Positions 12,316 through 24,430 of a stretch of 64,000 bases of DNA are shown one piece after another. Below the pieces are notes generated by a model, which did not search any database, was not told where the DNA came from, and saw only the letters and a program-made list of their open reading frames with translations. The stretch is taken from positions 19,654,001 through 19,718,000 of the forward strand of contig OZ024752.1 of assembly GCA_964016885.1 (NCBI GenBank), read 5' to 3'. Position numbers and translations under genes: made by a program. This stretch comes from Eledone cirrhosa (Eukaryota). The number at the start of each line of letters is the position of its first letter. Position 1 is the first letter of the stretch.

Positions 12316-12991
12316 CTAGACCACCCGTTACCCGTCGGGTCACGTTCACTTCAAAATATTTAAAAAAAATCATGTTCACTTAAAAATAATATTTAAATAA
12401 TTAAGATACACAGACATGTATATAATGTGAAATGAAACTGGAAGGCCCAATATATATACATGTGTGCATGTATATATATAAATGTGTGTATGTATATATA
12501 TACATGTGTGTATGTATATATATATAAATGTGTGTATGTGTATACATATTTATATATGTATGTGTGTGTATATATACTATATATGTGGGTGTGTGTATAT
12601 ATACTATATATGTGGGTGTCTGTGATCTATATACACTGGTCATAGACACATATATATATATATACACACACAACACCATCAACTCTCTCTCTCTCTACCA
12701 TTCTCCTTCTCCTCTCCCTCTCTCTATGTTTCTCTTTCAATCTACTCTCTCACAACCACTATCTCTCTCTCACAACCACTATCTCTCTCTCTCTCTCTCT
12801 ATTTATGAAGGTACCCGGAAAAACCTCATATCTCGGGAACCCGTGCTCCAATTTACGAGAAAATTGTTTTTTTCCATTTGTATTCCCATTTCAGGGCAAC
12901 TTCCTTTCAAAGTATTTTCCCATTATGCGCCCTTTCGGCTGTATTACATTACAGACAAGCAAGCAATCACAGAGTTTTAGTAGTATATAGA
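12316..12991 (-). mobile_element. Non-autonomous Helitron
   Basis: Minus strand: 5' TCTATATAC..., 3' hairpin ACCCGACGGGTAACGGGT followed by CTAG|T. Confidence 0.6.
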
Positions 12992-13012
12992 GAGATAGAT
13001 AGATAGATAGAT

Positions 13013-16000
13013 ATGTTTCTTTATTAGCCACAGGGGCACACAAGAAGGGGACAAATACAAAGGGGGAAGTTTACATACAATAAAAACGTGTAAAATATTA
13101 TCACAAATGCAATTTAAAAATTAATCGATTTTCCCCAATAGGGGGAGACATTACATATGGGTAACACATACCCCCGAAAAAAAAATGTGCAACCCTCATC
13201 TCCAGGAGTACAAAGAGTTTGTACTCCTTTCCTCTCCTCCTCTTTTTCCTCAACCTACAGGCTGATATAGAGAGAAGGCCCATTCACTCGGGCCATTCTC
13301 GCCACTTTCACCCACCTTTCATAAAACTTGCTGGGGTACAGCACCTCTCTCTCCATCCTGATTCTTCTTCCAAAGTGGTATTTGAAAAAAAGTATCAGTT
13401 TTTGGCCGGAGAGAAAGGTGTCTGACCTCAGCCCTTTCAACCTTGTCCACCATACAACCTCTTTCGCCATAGCTATCACACAAAGGAAAACCGTCTCTCT
13501 TTCGTTTTTGAAGGAGGGTGGCGGTTTGATCATGACAATGAACTCGGTGGTCAACCGGATTGGTCCCACCCGCGACAATAGTCGTTCCACATAGCCCCAC
13601 AGGTCGGTGACGCCCGGGCAGTGTATGAATGCGTGCGCGACGGTTTCTTCGTCTCGTACGCACCTCGGACAGATCTTTTTTGCAGGGTCCCTGCCCGAGC
13701 GCCCATGTCTGTAGAGCTTGTCTCGAACTGGTAGAGCTCCTCGGTAGCACTGCCAAGCCAGGGACTTTTGGAAGTTGTCCATCGGTCCCGGGCGGAAGGT
13801 CCTACCGAACAGACTGGCCAGTTCGTCTTCCTCTACGCCCAGAGTTTCACCGAACACGTCGTCGCACTTGCTGCGGATCAACCCTCTATAGAATGACGAA
13901 GTGGAGTCTCCACTGATCGCCGGGTCCGCCTGCCAGAGGGCTGTGAGCGCCTGAGCACATTCGATGTGCCAGTCGCCCATTTTCCTCGGTCTTTTCTTGA
14001 CCCAGGACTGCAGCTCGGTCAGCGAGACGAGTCGTGGGAAGGCTCGCCTCACGAACGGGGCCCACACCGGTTGTCCGGTGAGGAATACGTAGAGATACCG
14101 CAGCCTGAGCGCGTGTTTGCGCATCGTCAGCCACGGCATCCCCAGCCCTCCGTTGGAAGGGTGTTGGCAGCAGATGGATCTTCTCACCAAAGGAGCCCGC
14201 CTCTTCCAAAGGAATTGGAAGAGCGCGCGCTCCATTTTGGCGAGCGTTTTGGCTGGATAAGGCACGACGGTCAAGTGGTAGTAGATGGCGGACGCTATAA
14301 AAGTGTTCGCCACCTCCGCTCGACCTTTCAAGGATAGTTTGCACTCGGCCCACTTCTGGGTGAGTGCAAACACCTTGGCCGACACCTCGTTCCAGTTCTT
14401 CTCCACCTGGAGGTCCGGACCAAACCAGACCCCGAGCAGCTTTACTGGTCCTTCTGTCCAGCGTCCGACGACGCCATCGGAAGGCATCGGTCTGCCTCTC
14501 CACGATCCGAGTTGCAAACCGATGGACTTGTCCCGGTTCAGCTTCGCTCCTGTGAACCCTTCGTATTCCTTCAGTAAGGTGCCGACTTCCTCGATTTGCG
14601 AGGCGCTCGACACCATTACTGTCACGTCGGCGGCGTAGGCCGACGCCGCTTTTCGCAGTCCCGGTTCCAGAGGGATGCCCTGCAATAGCTCCAACTTCCC
14701 CAGTAGTGGCTCGAGAGTCAATACGTACAGAAGTGAGGAGAGAGGGCATCCCTGTCGAATGGATCGCGTGATATGGAACGGCTCCGAGATGTAGCCGTTC
14801 ACCTTAACCCTTGAGCAGATGTTGCTGTTATGCATTGCAGCAATCCAGCCCCTGAACACGGGTCCGAAGCCTGCAGCCTCGAGCACTGCATCCAGGTAAC
14901 GATGGTCAACCCGATCGAAAGCCTTAGACTGATCCAAGTTGATCAGGGCCCCACCGAAGCCGGGTTTACACCACACCCTACCCTCTCTATGATGTATCGC
15001 ATGAGGTGGAGGTTGTCGTGTATGGACCTGGTCGGGATTGCGCATGTCTGCGCTTCTCCCACCAGGTTCTCGACGACAAGTGCCATCCTCTTTGCCAACA
15101 CCTTGGCCAAAATCTGTAACTCTGTGTTTAGCAGAGTTATGGGCCGGAAGTTGCCTGTCATCCCCCTTATTCTCGTCCTTCCTGACTAGTGTGACTACGC
15201 CCCCGGTCACAGAACTGGGAATTCTTCCGTTCTGTTGCCAGTTGCAGTAGACCGCTTCCAGGAGACCGGAGAATAAGTTCGGCATTGCTACGTAAAATTC
15301 GTAGGGTAGACCGTCGAGACCTGGAGATTTGCGTTTGCCGCATTGGCTCAACGCGTCCCCTATCTCAGCGGCTGAAATCGGCTTTTCGCAGAACTTTTCC
15401 TCGCTGTCCGAGAGTCGCGGTAGGCCGTCGAGGTATGGACCGAAATCCATAGCCCCTCCCGGCGCGCCGCCCTGCCCGAACAGCTGAGCAAAGTGCCGCT
15501 GAAAGGCCGCACACATCTGCTTCGGCTCACGTATCACGCGTCCGTTTTGGTCCTTCAAAGACCGAATCGTGAAATTGTTGCCACTTTTTGCCTCCGTCAC
15601 TCGGGCCCAGCTAACAGCTTTTGCTCCCTCGTTTCCCAGAGCACGAATTTTGCTTCTGACAACGCAGCCCTCATGCTTTGCGTTGAAGAACTGGTCCAAG
15701 GCTGTTCTCGTTGCTAGCACGCTGGCCACGTTTCCACTTCTAATTGCCTCTTCTACTTTATCTACCAGTTCTTTCTCGGTTCTATTTCTATCTAACGCTA
15801 ATTCTTTACTAAAAACTAACGAGTCTAATCTAACTGCCCTCTTGAGTACCACCATCTGTTGTTGACAATGGCCCCTGTCAAGTGCTGTTTAACTAAAGTG
15901 CTAATCCGTCTACTGTAGGCTTTGTATGTCGGTAACGACAAGTTCAGCTTCCAGTAGCTGGGTCCTTGTCTATGGGTTCTATCAAGGTTGACCATGCAGG

Positions 16001-16920
16001 TCACTAGTTTGTGATCTGAATAGGCAACCATGAACATTTGTGGACAGCTTAACATGTCCCTATCCTTATTTCTAACTAGAACCCTATCTAGGTACGATCT
16101 AGATTTCCGCTACGATTAGTCCACGTCCACAGTGGCACAGTCGGAAAATCTAGTCGATATCTATCGGCCAGGTCAAATCGGCCGATTAACTGTTTGAGGA
16201 TGTTACACCCCCCTTTATCGGGACATGCTCCCACATAGTCCCAACGTGCATCTAGGATTCCATTCCAGTCCCCCACTAAAAGCAAGGAGCGGGACGTTCC
16301 CAGAAAAGTCTCTAGACGTTTGAAGAAGTCTGGCCGCGGTGTCCCGGATGGGGCATATGCGGCCACCAGCCTGAAGGCTCCACCTTCACTACCGTCAACG
16401 TCTAGGACCACCAGTCGACCCTCCGGGTCCAGATGTACCGTCTGTGTTACGAGGCCCAGGTGTTTCCGTAGCAAAACGGCAACCCCGCCCCCACCCCCCG
16501 GCTGATAGAGAGATTCGTAGATCTCAAAGTCATCGAAGATGGGGGCCAGCTGTCGCTCGATGTGGATCCTGGACTCGCAAATGGCTACTACATTCATACT
16601 GTGCGACCTGAGGTCGTTTAAGAGTTTTCCCTGTTTCCAGGGCATCCCCAGGCCGCGTACATTCACACACCCAACTCTTATATTGGCCATGCTGGTTCTG
16701 AAAAGTTAAAAGAGGAGAAGAAAACACTCACCTCTTCGTCTCCCGGGGATCAGGCCGCACGGTTTCCATGGGGGTGTTAGAGGAGTTGTCTGGGTGGGTG
16801 GTGGTTACCGGCGGGGTGGGGACGGAGATGTTTGGTGGGGTGGGGGTGTCTGGGTGGGGGTGTCTGGGGTGAGGGTGGGGAAACTTTTTAAAAGGACGCG
16901 GTTAATGGGTTTAACAAGAA
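13013..16920 (-). mobile_element. Tx1/L1-clade LINE: ORF1 tail plus near-complete ORF2 (APE, RT, Zn-finger) with frameshifts; 5'-truncated
   Basis: APE motifs NVRGL, GDWN and SDH; KSPGLDGLPYEFY; RT motifs LDQSKAFDRVDH and RQGCPLS, with YADD mutated to YAAD; CPRC...ETVAHAFIHC; 3' end CCCTGTGGCTAATAAAGAAAC followed by (TATC)n. Confidence 0.95.
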
Positions 16921-17199
16921 AGACGGCTCAAATATATAAGTGGCTCAAGCTGTGATATGAAGTAGTCGCACGTGGAAGAAGTCATCTTCTGAGATACCTA
17001 TCACATAATTCTCACTAGTTCTATGAATGACTTTAACACATTTTTGAAACAATGTTGCAGATGTTTACCATTGAGATGTGAAATAATTTTGTTTTCTAAA
17101 ATGTTTTATTTCATTTTCATATTGTTCGTTTAAATTTTCAAAAAAAAAAAAAAAGAAAAAAATTCCATGTCAATTACTGAGTCCACATGGTTGTATTAA

Positions 17200-17540
17200 A
17201 TGGTTCAGTGGTTAGAGCGTAGAACTTGCAATCGTGAGGTTTAGAGTTCGGTTCCCTGATCGTATGATGTGTTGTGTCCTTGAGCAAGACACTTTATTTC
17301 ACGTTGCTCCAGTTCACTCAACTATATAAATGAATTGTGACATCACTGGTGCCAAGCAGTATCGGCCATAGCCTTTCCCTTGGACAACATCGGTGGTGTG
17401 GAGAGACTGGTATGAATGAGTGACTGTTGGTCCTCCACAAACACACCTTACCCAGACTTGTGCTCCGGAGGGAACTTTCTGGATGCAAATCCCATGGTTA
17501 TTCGTGATCGAGGTGTGTGTGGGCGGGGTCTTTATCCTTA
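17200..17540 (+). mobile_element. tRNA-derived SINE (family B)
   Basis: A-box TGGTTCAGTGG, B-box GAGTTCGGTTC, core TGTGTCCTTGAGCAAGACACTT. Confidence 0.8.
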
Positions 17541-18421
17541 TTAAATAAATCGCAAAACGATGTCGATGTGAGTTCGTATAATTTGCGTGTCAGAAATGTA
17601 GTTGTTTGACTACATTTGTATAGTTCCTACCTTACTAAATACAGGTAGCCTCACACATTTAGAAGAAAACCACCCAGGGGGCCGGATTTCTACTGGAATT
17701 TATATATTCAAAATTATTTGTGTGTATTCTTTGCTGGTATGGGCCCAGCCAGGTTTTAATGCTACAGGAAAGTCAAATGTTAATGCAACACCCTCACGAA
17801 TATTCTTTGCTAACCTGGAAAGTTTATTTTTAATGCCTTAGGAACGCCGTATGTTAATGCGGCACCCCTACGACTCCCCCAGGAGTCACGGGTCCGTACA
17901 TACATTCTTTGCTGTATCCTAGATCAGTGATAAATGAGTTCTTTAAAGAAACCTTAACATACACAGGATAGATTTTTAATGTTGAGTTCTTTTATTTGTT
18001 TTAAATTACTTTTTACATACTGAGTTTAAATGTCAACAAGTCGGAGGTCAACATCCGAAAAGGGGAGAATTCGTCCCTTTTATATAATGGATAAAAAGAG
18101 GAGGGGTGAGAATAGAGAAGAGAAAGAGTACATGTGCGTGCATTCTTTAGTGTGTGAAGCCGTGCAAGTGTTGTTCATCTGAGTTATTTAAAGAATATAT
18201 GGCCTTTCAAATAGCCAACATGTTTAATTGTACTTGATGTTATTTTGTGTGTGTGTGCGTGTTCAAATGTGCCTGTGTGTGTGAGTGTATGCGTGCGTGT
18301 TCAAATGTGTGTGTGAATGTGTGCGTCAGTTTGAATCAGTGAATATTTTATTCAGAATGAGAAAAGAATGAAAATGCAGTAATTAATGTTTCTTTTTAAC
18401 GTGTGTGTGTGTGTATGCGTG

Positions 18422-18478
<57 letters not shown>

Positions 18479-19289
18479 CAACGTAGAAAAGGTTCTCTGC
18501 TGTTAGGGTCAAAGACAATGTTTGCCCCCCTCCCGTCCAATTAACAATCACGATAGGCCAGAAGAAACTTTGCACTCAGGATGACTTCCCCTCCTGACTA
18601 GAAAGAAACTTTCTGCTTCTACTTTTAGCCCAGATTTTAACATTGTTAACTTTAACTCTGGTTTAAGTTAAGACCAGTTAAAGATCACTTTGATGAGTAA
18701 TAAGGGTTTCTACGATAGGCACAAGGCCAGTAATTTGGGGAGAGGAGAACGTCGATTAAATCGATCCCCAGTACATTACTGGTACTTTATTTTATCGACA
18801 TCGTAAGGATGAAAGGCAAAGCTAACCTAGGCGGGAACCGTAACTCTATTTTCTAGTATAAATAATTGTTTCTTATTTAGATACAAGGGACGTAACTCTA
18901 TATCACGGAGCATGGTGTCCGACGCTCTACCGATACTGCCAATGTAATATTTGCTTCTGATTGTGTTGTGTGTGTATGTATGTGTGTGTGTATGTGTGTA
19001 TGTGTATGTATTTGTGTATGTATATGTGTATGTATATGTGTGTGTGTATGTGTGTGTGTATGCATATATGTGTGTGTGTGTATGTATATGCGCGTGTGTA
19101 TGTGTGTATGTATATGCGTGTGTGTGTATGTATGTGTGTGTGTGTATGTATATGTGTGTGTGTATGTATATGTGCGCGTGTGTGTATATGTGTGTGTATG
19201 TATATGTGTGTGTATGAATATGTGTGTGTGTTAAAGAATGATATATATAAATGTATACAATAAATTAAAAAAATAGAGAGAAATAGCGT

Positions 19290-21880
19290 AGACTGTCCAC
19301 ATCTTAAAACGGTCGCCTATTCAGATCACAAGTTTGTGATCTGAATGGTCGACCTAGATAAAACGTATAGGTTAGGACCTGGTTACTGGAAGCTGAACAT
19401 GTCGTTTCTGGCACGTAAGGGACCAGGTCAACAATTTAGTTAACAAAAGTTGAGAGGGGAGGGGTCGTCAACAACAGGTGGTGGTGGGATCTCAAAAGAG
19501 AGATTGGAGTAATTTCAATAGGGTTTAGCAAAAAAGTAGTGTTAGAGAAAAATAGAAAAGAGGGGAGCTGGTAGCTAAGCTAGACAAGGTAATTAGTCGT
19601 GGTATTACAACGGACGTGCTAGCGGCGAGAATGGCGTTAGACCATTTCTTCAATGCGAAACACGAAGGTTGCATTGTCAGAGCATTGTTGTACTCTGAGA
19701 AACGAGGGAAATAAAGCTGTTCGATAGGCCCGCATGGCAGAGGCGCAGCGTGTTAATAAAACCACAATTCGGTCTTTGACGGACCGAGTCTGACACGAGC
19801 TGAGTGATATAGGCGGATGTGTGATATGAGTGATATAGGCGGATGTGCCTTTCACCAGCACTTTGCTCGGTTGTTCGGGGGAAGTGGCGGGTCAGAGACG
19901 GTAGCGGACTTCAGTCCCTACCTCGACGGCTTACCGTGTATCTCGATGGCCGACACTGAACGCTGCGATTTTGGCCAAGGCGTTAGCGAAGAGGTTGGTG
20001 CAAATTTGCGCAATCCTAACCAGGTCCATACAAGACAACCTCCACCTCATGCGATACATCATAGAGAGGGTAGGGTGTAAATATGGTTTTGGTGGTGCTC
20101 TGATCAATTTAGATCAATCGAAAGCATTCGATAGGGTCGATCATCGGTACCCCGAGGCAACTGACTTCGGTCCCGTCTTCAGAAACTGGATCACTGCAAT
20201 GAACAGCGGAATCTCCTCGATGGTCAAAGTTAATGGCCACCTCTCGGAACCGTTTCAGATATCCCAATCGGTCCGTCAAGGGTGCCCTCTCCCCTCCCTT
20301 CTGTACACATTGACTCTCGAGCCTTTACTACGGAAGCTGGAGCTGTTGCAGGCCATCCAGCTCAAACCGGGACGCGGAAGGGCTGTGTCGGCTTATACAG
20401 ACGACATTACCGTGATGGTGTCGGAGACCCTGGAAATCGGGGTGGTCGGCACCTGGAGATGCAAGTCTATGTCGTTCAGCAGCGTCGTCGGGCGCTGGAC
20501 GGACGGACCGGTAAAATTCTCGGCGTTTAGTTCGGACCAGACCTCCAGGTGGATAAGAATTGCGACGCGGTGACGATAAGGGTAGCCTGTCTCAAACAGA
20601 AATGGGCTGCGAGGAAGCTGTCACTATAAAGGTCGGGTGGAGGTGGTGAATGCGTACATCGCGTCCGTCATTTACTACCGCCTAACTGTCATGCCTTGCC
20701 CCCGTCCGCGCCTTGCCAAGTTAGAACGGCTCCTCTTCAACATCTTGTGGGGAGGACAGGTTACGTTGGTGAGGTGGTCCATCTGCTGCCAGCACCCTCT
20801 ATGTGGAGGGCTGGGCATGCCGTAGCTAATGATGGGCAAACATGCACCGAGGCTGCGGCATCTCCAGATATTCTGCCTAAACGATGAACAGGTGTGGTCG
20901 CCGTTTGTGAGACAGGCCTTTCCGCGGCTCGTCTCTTTGACTGAATTGCAATCCTGGGTCAAGAAGAGTCCGAGACTGGGTCACTGGCATCTGGAATGTT
21001 GCTAGACACTCACTGCCCTCTACCAGGCGGGCAATGCGGTTAGTGGAACTTCTACTCTCGAGTTCTATAGAGGATTAGTGGTGGGAAAGTGCGACGACGT
21101 ACTCGGAGAGGTTCTGGGCGTCGACGAAGTCGAACGACCAGTCTATTCCGGGGAACTTTCGAGCCGGGGACGATGAATAACTTCCAGTAATCCCTCGCTT
21201 GGCAGTACCACCGGGGGGGGGGGGGGGGGGCACTGACGGTTGGAGATAAACTCTACAGGCACGGAAATGCTGTCAGACGGACCTGCCCGAGATGCGCACA
21301 GAGCGACGAAACCGTTCTGCACGCACTCGTCAAGTGTCCGTGCATTACTGACTTTTGGAGCTATGTCGAACAGCTGTTGTCGATGTAGAACGGATCGGGC
21401 TATCGGCTGAGTCCATAGTGAAGATCGACCCGCCACCTTCTTTTGGCCAGGAAGGGCAGGCAATTTTCCTCTGTCTGGTGACAGTTGCGAAAGAGGTTGT
21501 ATGGTGGACCAGGCTGAAAGGACTGAAGACAGACACTTTTCTCTTCGGCCAATCCCTCATCAACTTCTTCAAGTTTCACTTGGAAAGGAAGGTGAGGGTG
21601 GAGAGAAGTGCTTCCCCCCCCCCCCCCCCCCCCGTACATTTGCTAAAAGGTGGGTGAATGTGGAGAGAATGGTCCGTGACCATGCGTCTGTAGGCTGGTT
21701 AATTTGAGAAGGAGAGGAGTGCCCTCGAAACGTCTGGTGGTTCACCCCCCCCCCTGTTGGGGAATTTATTTTGTTATTTTTATACATATTTTATTTTTAT
21801 ATTTTGTCATTGTTAAATTGGTCCCTGTCTTTGTATTGTCCCCTACATGTCGGCCCTTGTGGCCAATAAATGAAATTATC
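19290..21880 (+). mobile_element. Degenerate Tx1/L1-clade LINE copy (end of APE to 3' UTR, internal deletions)
   Basis: AYSDHK, LDQSKAFDRVDH, RQGCPL and AYTDDI motifs; 3' end GGCCCTTGTGGCCAATAAATGAAA followed by (ATT)n. Confidence 0.92.
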
Positions 21881-21902
21881 ATTATTATTATTATAAAGTA
21901 CT

Positions 21903-22095
21903 GGGTGGTGGATTGGCAGTATCGGTAGAGGGTCGGACGCCATGCTTTCCAGCATAGTTACGTCCCTTTACGATCTGAGTTCAAATCTCGCCGAGGTTGA
22001 CTTTGCCTTTCATCCTTACGGGGTCGATAAAATAAAGTACCAGTAATGCACTGGGTAATTGCTGGCTTTGTGCCTAAAGTAGAAACAATTATTAT
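21903..22095 (+). mobile_element. SINE family A, full length
   Basis: GGTGGATTGGCAGTATCGG head, B-box, core, and tail GGCTTTGTGCCTAAAGTAGAAACAATTATT. Confidence 0.85.
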
Positions 22096-22159
22096 TATAA
22101 AGTACCAGTAATACACTGTGATAATTGCTGGCCTTGTGCCAAATATAGAAACAATTATT

Positions 22160-22364
22160 TACGATGAGTAGCAAGCAGGGCCGGATTCACCGGGGAGCGG
22201 TGCGGGAGAATGCCTGTAGTTTGAGGAATGGAAAAATTGAGAGAGGGCGCTTGCCCTGGTGGTCAGGGTGGCCGTGGTCTTTTGCGTGGTTTTCGCCACG
22301 AGTAACCCTCGGAGGTTTCTCTCCTATTGGGGAATTTTTCATTGTTTCAATTTTCATTTTTATT

Positions 22365-22413
<49 letters not shown>

Positions 22414-22560
22414 TCTATGACTTTTTTTCTTTTCTTATATAAATAATAAAAATATTTACACGCACAAAACCCACACCGTACCGTCCTGTACCGCCCTGTG
22501 CCGTCTGTAATGTTTTTTCTTGATGTCAGCCCTTGTGGCCAATAAAGAAATCACTATTAT
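22160..22560 (+). mobile_element. 3' terminal fragment of a Tx1-like LINE
   Basis: Shares CCTATTGGGGAA and the terminal GCCCTTGTGGCCAATAAAGAAA+(ATT)n with the other Tx1 copies. Confidence 0.65.
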
Positions 22561-22594
22561 TATAAAGAAACCATTATTATTGTTATTATTATTA

Positions 22595-22915
22595 TTTCTA
22601 CTTTTAGGCACAAGGCCAGCAATTACCAAGTACATTACTGGTACTTTATGTTATCGACCCCGTAAGGATGAAAGGCAAAGTTAACCTCGGCGGGATTTGA
22701 ACTCAGAATGGCAATATTATTATTTGAATTGGCAGTATCGGTAGAGGGTCGGACGCCATGCTTTGACGCATAGAGTTACGGCCCTTGCCATTCTGAGTTC
22801 AAATCCCGCCGAGGTTAACTTTGTCTTTCACCCATACGGGGGTCGATAAAATAAGGTACCAGTAATGTACTGGGATAATTGCTGGCCTTGTGCCAAAAGT
22901 AGAGACAATTATTAT
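22595..22915. mobile_element. Head-to-head pair of SINE family A copies
   Basis: Minus partial copy at 22595-22715 and plus copy at 22728-22915. Confidence 0.8.
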
Positions 22916-23424
22916 TATAGGTGAAGACGATATGATTGATTTATATCCAAATTTTCCTCGCTGACTCGTATGACATCTGATTAAAGATTCCTATAAATCA
23001 ATGCATCTCTCCGCGTAAGAGGTGGGAATCGATGGAATCGGTCGGTGGCTAGGGTGTAGTAAAAATTGTATCAAGAAGATATTCTACTGACAACTGATTT
23101 TTGAATGCTTCAGTTCGCTTCGATCAATGACCAATTCGACTTAAGTCTCCGATATAACAAGCGATTAAAGTGGCTTTCCACATAATTTTCCAATCTATAA
23201 TGTAATAGCTGTTTAGCCTGTCATTCGAACGCCGCCATCTGTTAGAAATGGCCTATATTTTGATTATTTTCATTTAGGATCCATGGAACACAAATGGAAG
23301 AGAAGGGTGGTAGTGGTGGGTGGTTTGGAAATCTATATATAAATTTCTGCGATTCTGTCACATGTAAAGAGAGAGGAGTAGTTTGACTACCTCATACTAC
23401 TCCTCTGTTTACGTCTGCTGTCTG

Positions 23425-24430
23425 CGTGAATGTATGTGTGTGTAAAGAGAAGGAAGGGGTTGGTGAAAAACCTACGTTGTGTGTGAGTGTGTGTGTGTGT
23501 GTGTGTGTGAATGCATGTGTGAATGTATGTGTGTGTAAAGAGAAGGAAGGGGGTGGTGAAAAACCTACGTTGTGTGTGAGTGTGTGTGTGTGTGAATGTA
23601 TGTGTGTGTAAAGAGAAGGAAGGGGGTGGTGAAAAACCTACGTTGTGTGTCAGTGTGTGTGTGTGTGTGTGAATGTATGTGTGTGTAAAGGGAAGGAAGG
23701 AGGTGGGGAAAAACCTACGTTGTGTGTGAGTGTGTGTGTGTGTGAATGTATGTGTGTGTAAAGAGAAGGAAGGGGGTGGTGAAAAACCTACGTTGTGTGT
23801 GAGTGTGTGTGTGTGTGAATGCATGTGTGTGTAAAGGGAAGAAGGGGGTGGTGAAAAACCTACGTTGTGTGTGAGTGTGTGTGTGTGTGAATGCATGTGT
23901 GAATGTATGTGTGTGTAAAGGGAAGAAGGGGGTGGTGAAAAACCTACGTTGTGTGTGTGTGCGTGAATGCATGTGTGAATGTATGTGTGTGTAAAGAGAA
24001 GGAAGGGGGTGGTGAAAAACCTACATTGTGTGTGAGTGTGTGTGTGTGTGTGTGTGAATGCATGTGTGTGTAAAGGGAAGAAAGGGGGTGGTGAAAAACC
24101 TACGTTGTGTGTAAGTGTGTGAATGTATGTGTGTGTAAAGGTAAGGAAGGGGTGGTGAAAAACCTACGTTGTGTGTGAGTGTGTGTGTGTGTGTGTGAAT
24201 GCATGTGTGAATGTATGTGTGTGTAAAAGGAAGGAAGGGGGTGGTGAAAAACCTACGTTGTGTGTGAGTGTGTGTGTGTGTGAATGCATGTGTGTGTAAA
24301 GGTAAGGAAGGGTGGGGAAAAACCTACGTTGTGTGCGAGTGTGTGTGTGTGAATGCATGTGTGTAAAAGGAAGGAAGGGGGTGGTGAAAAACCTACGTTG
24401 TGTGTGAGTGTGTGTGTGTGTGTGTGAATG
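23425..24430. repeat. Compound minisatellite, 13 units (GTAAAGAGAAGGAAGGGGGTGGTGAAAAACCTACGTT + variable (GT)n)
   Basis: 13 copies of the AAAACCTACGTT anchor separated by GT tracts of variable length. Confidence 0.92.

Noticed and set aside
13255-15855. 866-aa ORF as an intact active RT
   Set aside because: It drifts out of the true frame around 15160-14980, YADD is mutated to YAAD, and the endonuclease is separated by frameshifts.
17200-17275. tRNA gene
   Set aside because: The A/B boxes run into a SINE core found elsewhere in the window; no convincing cloverleaf.
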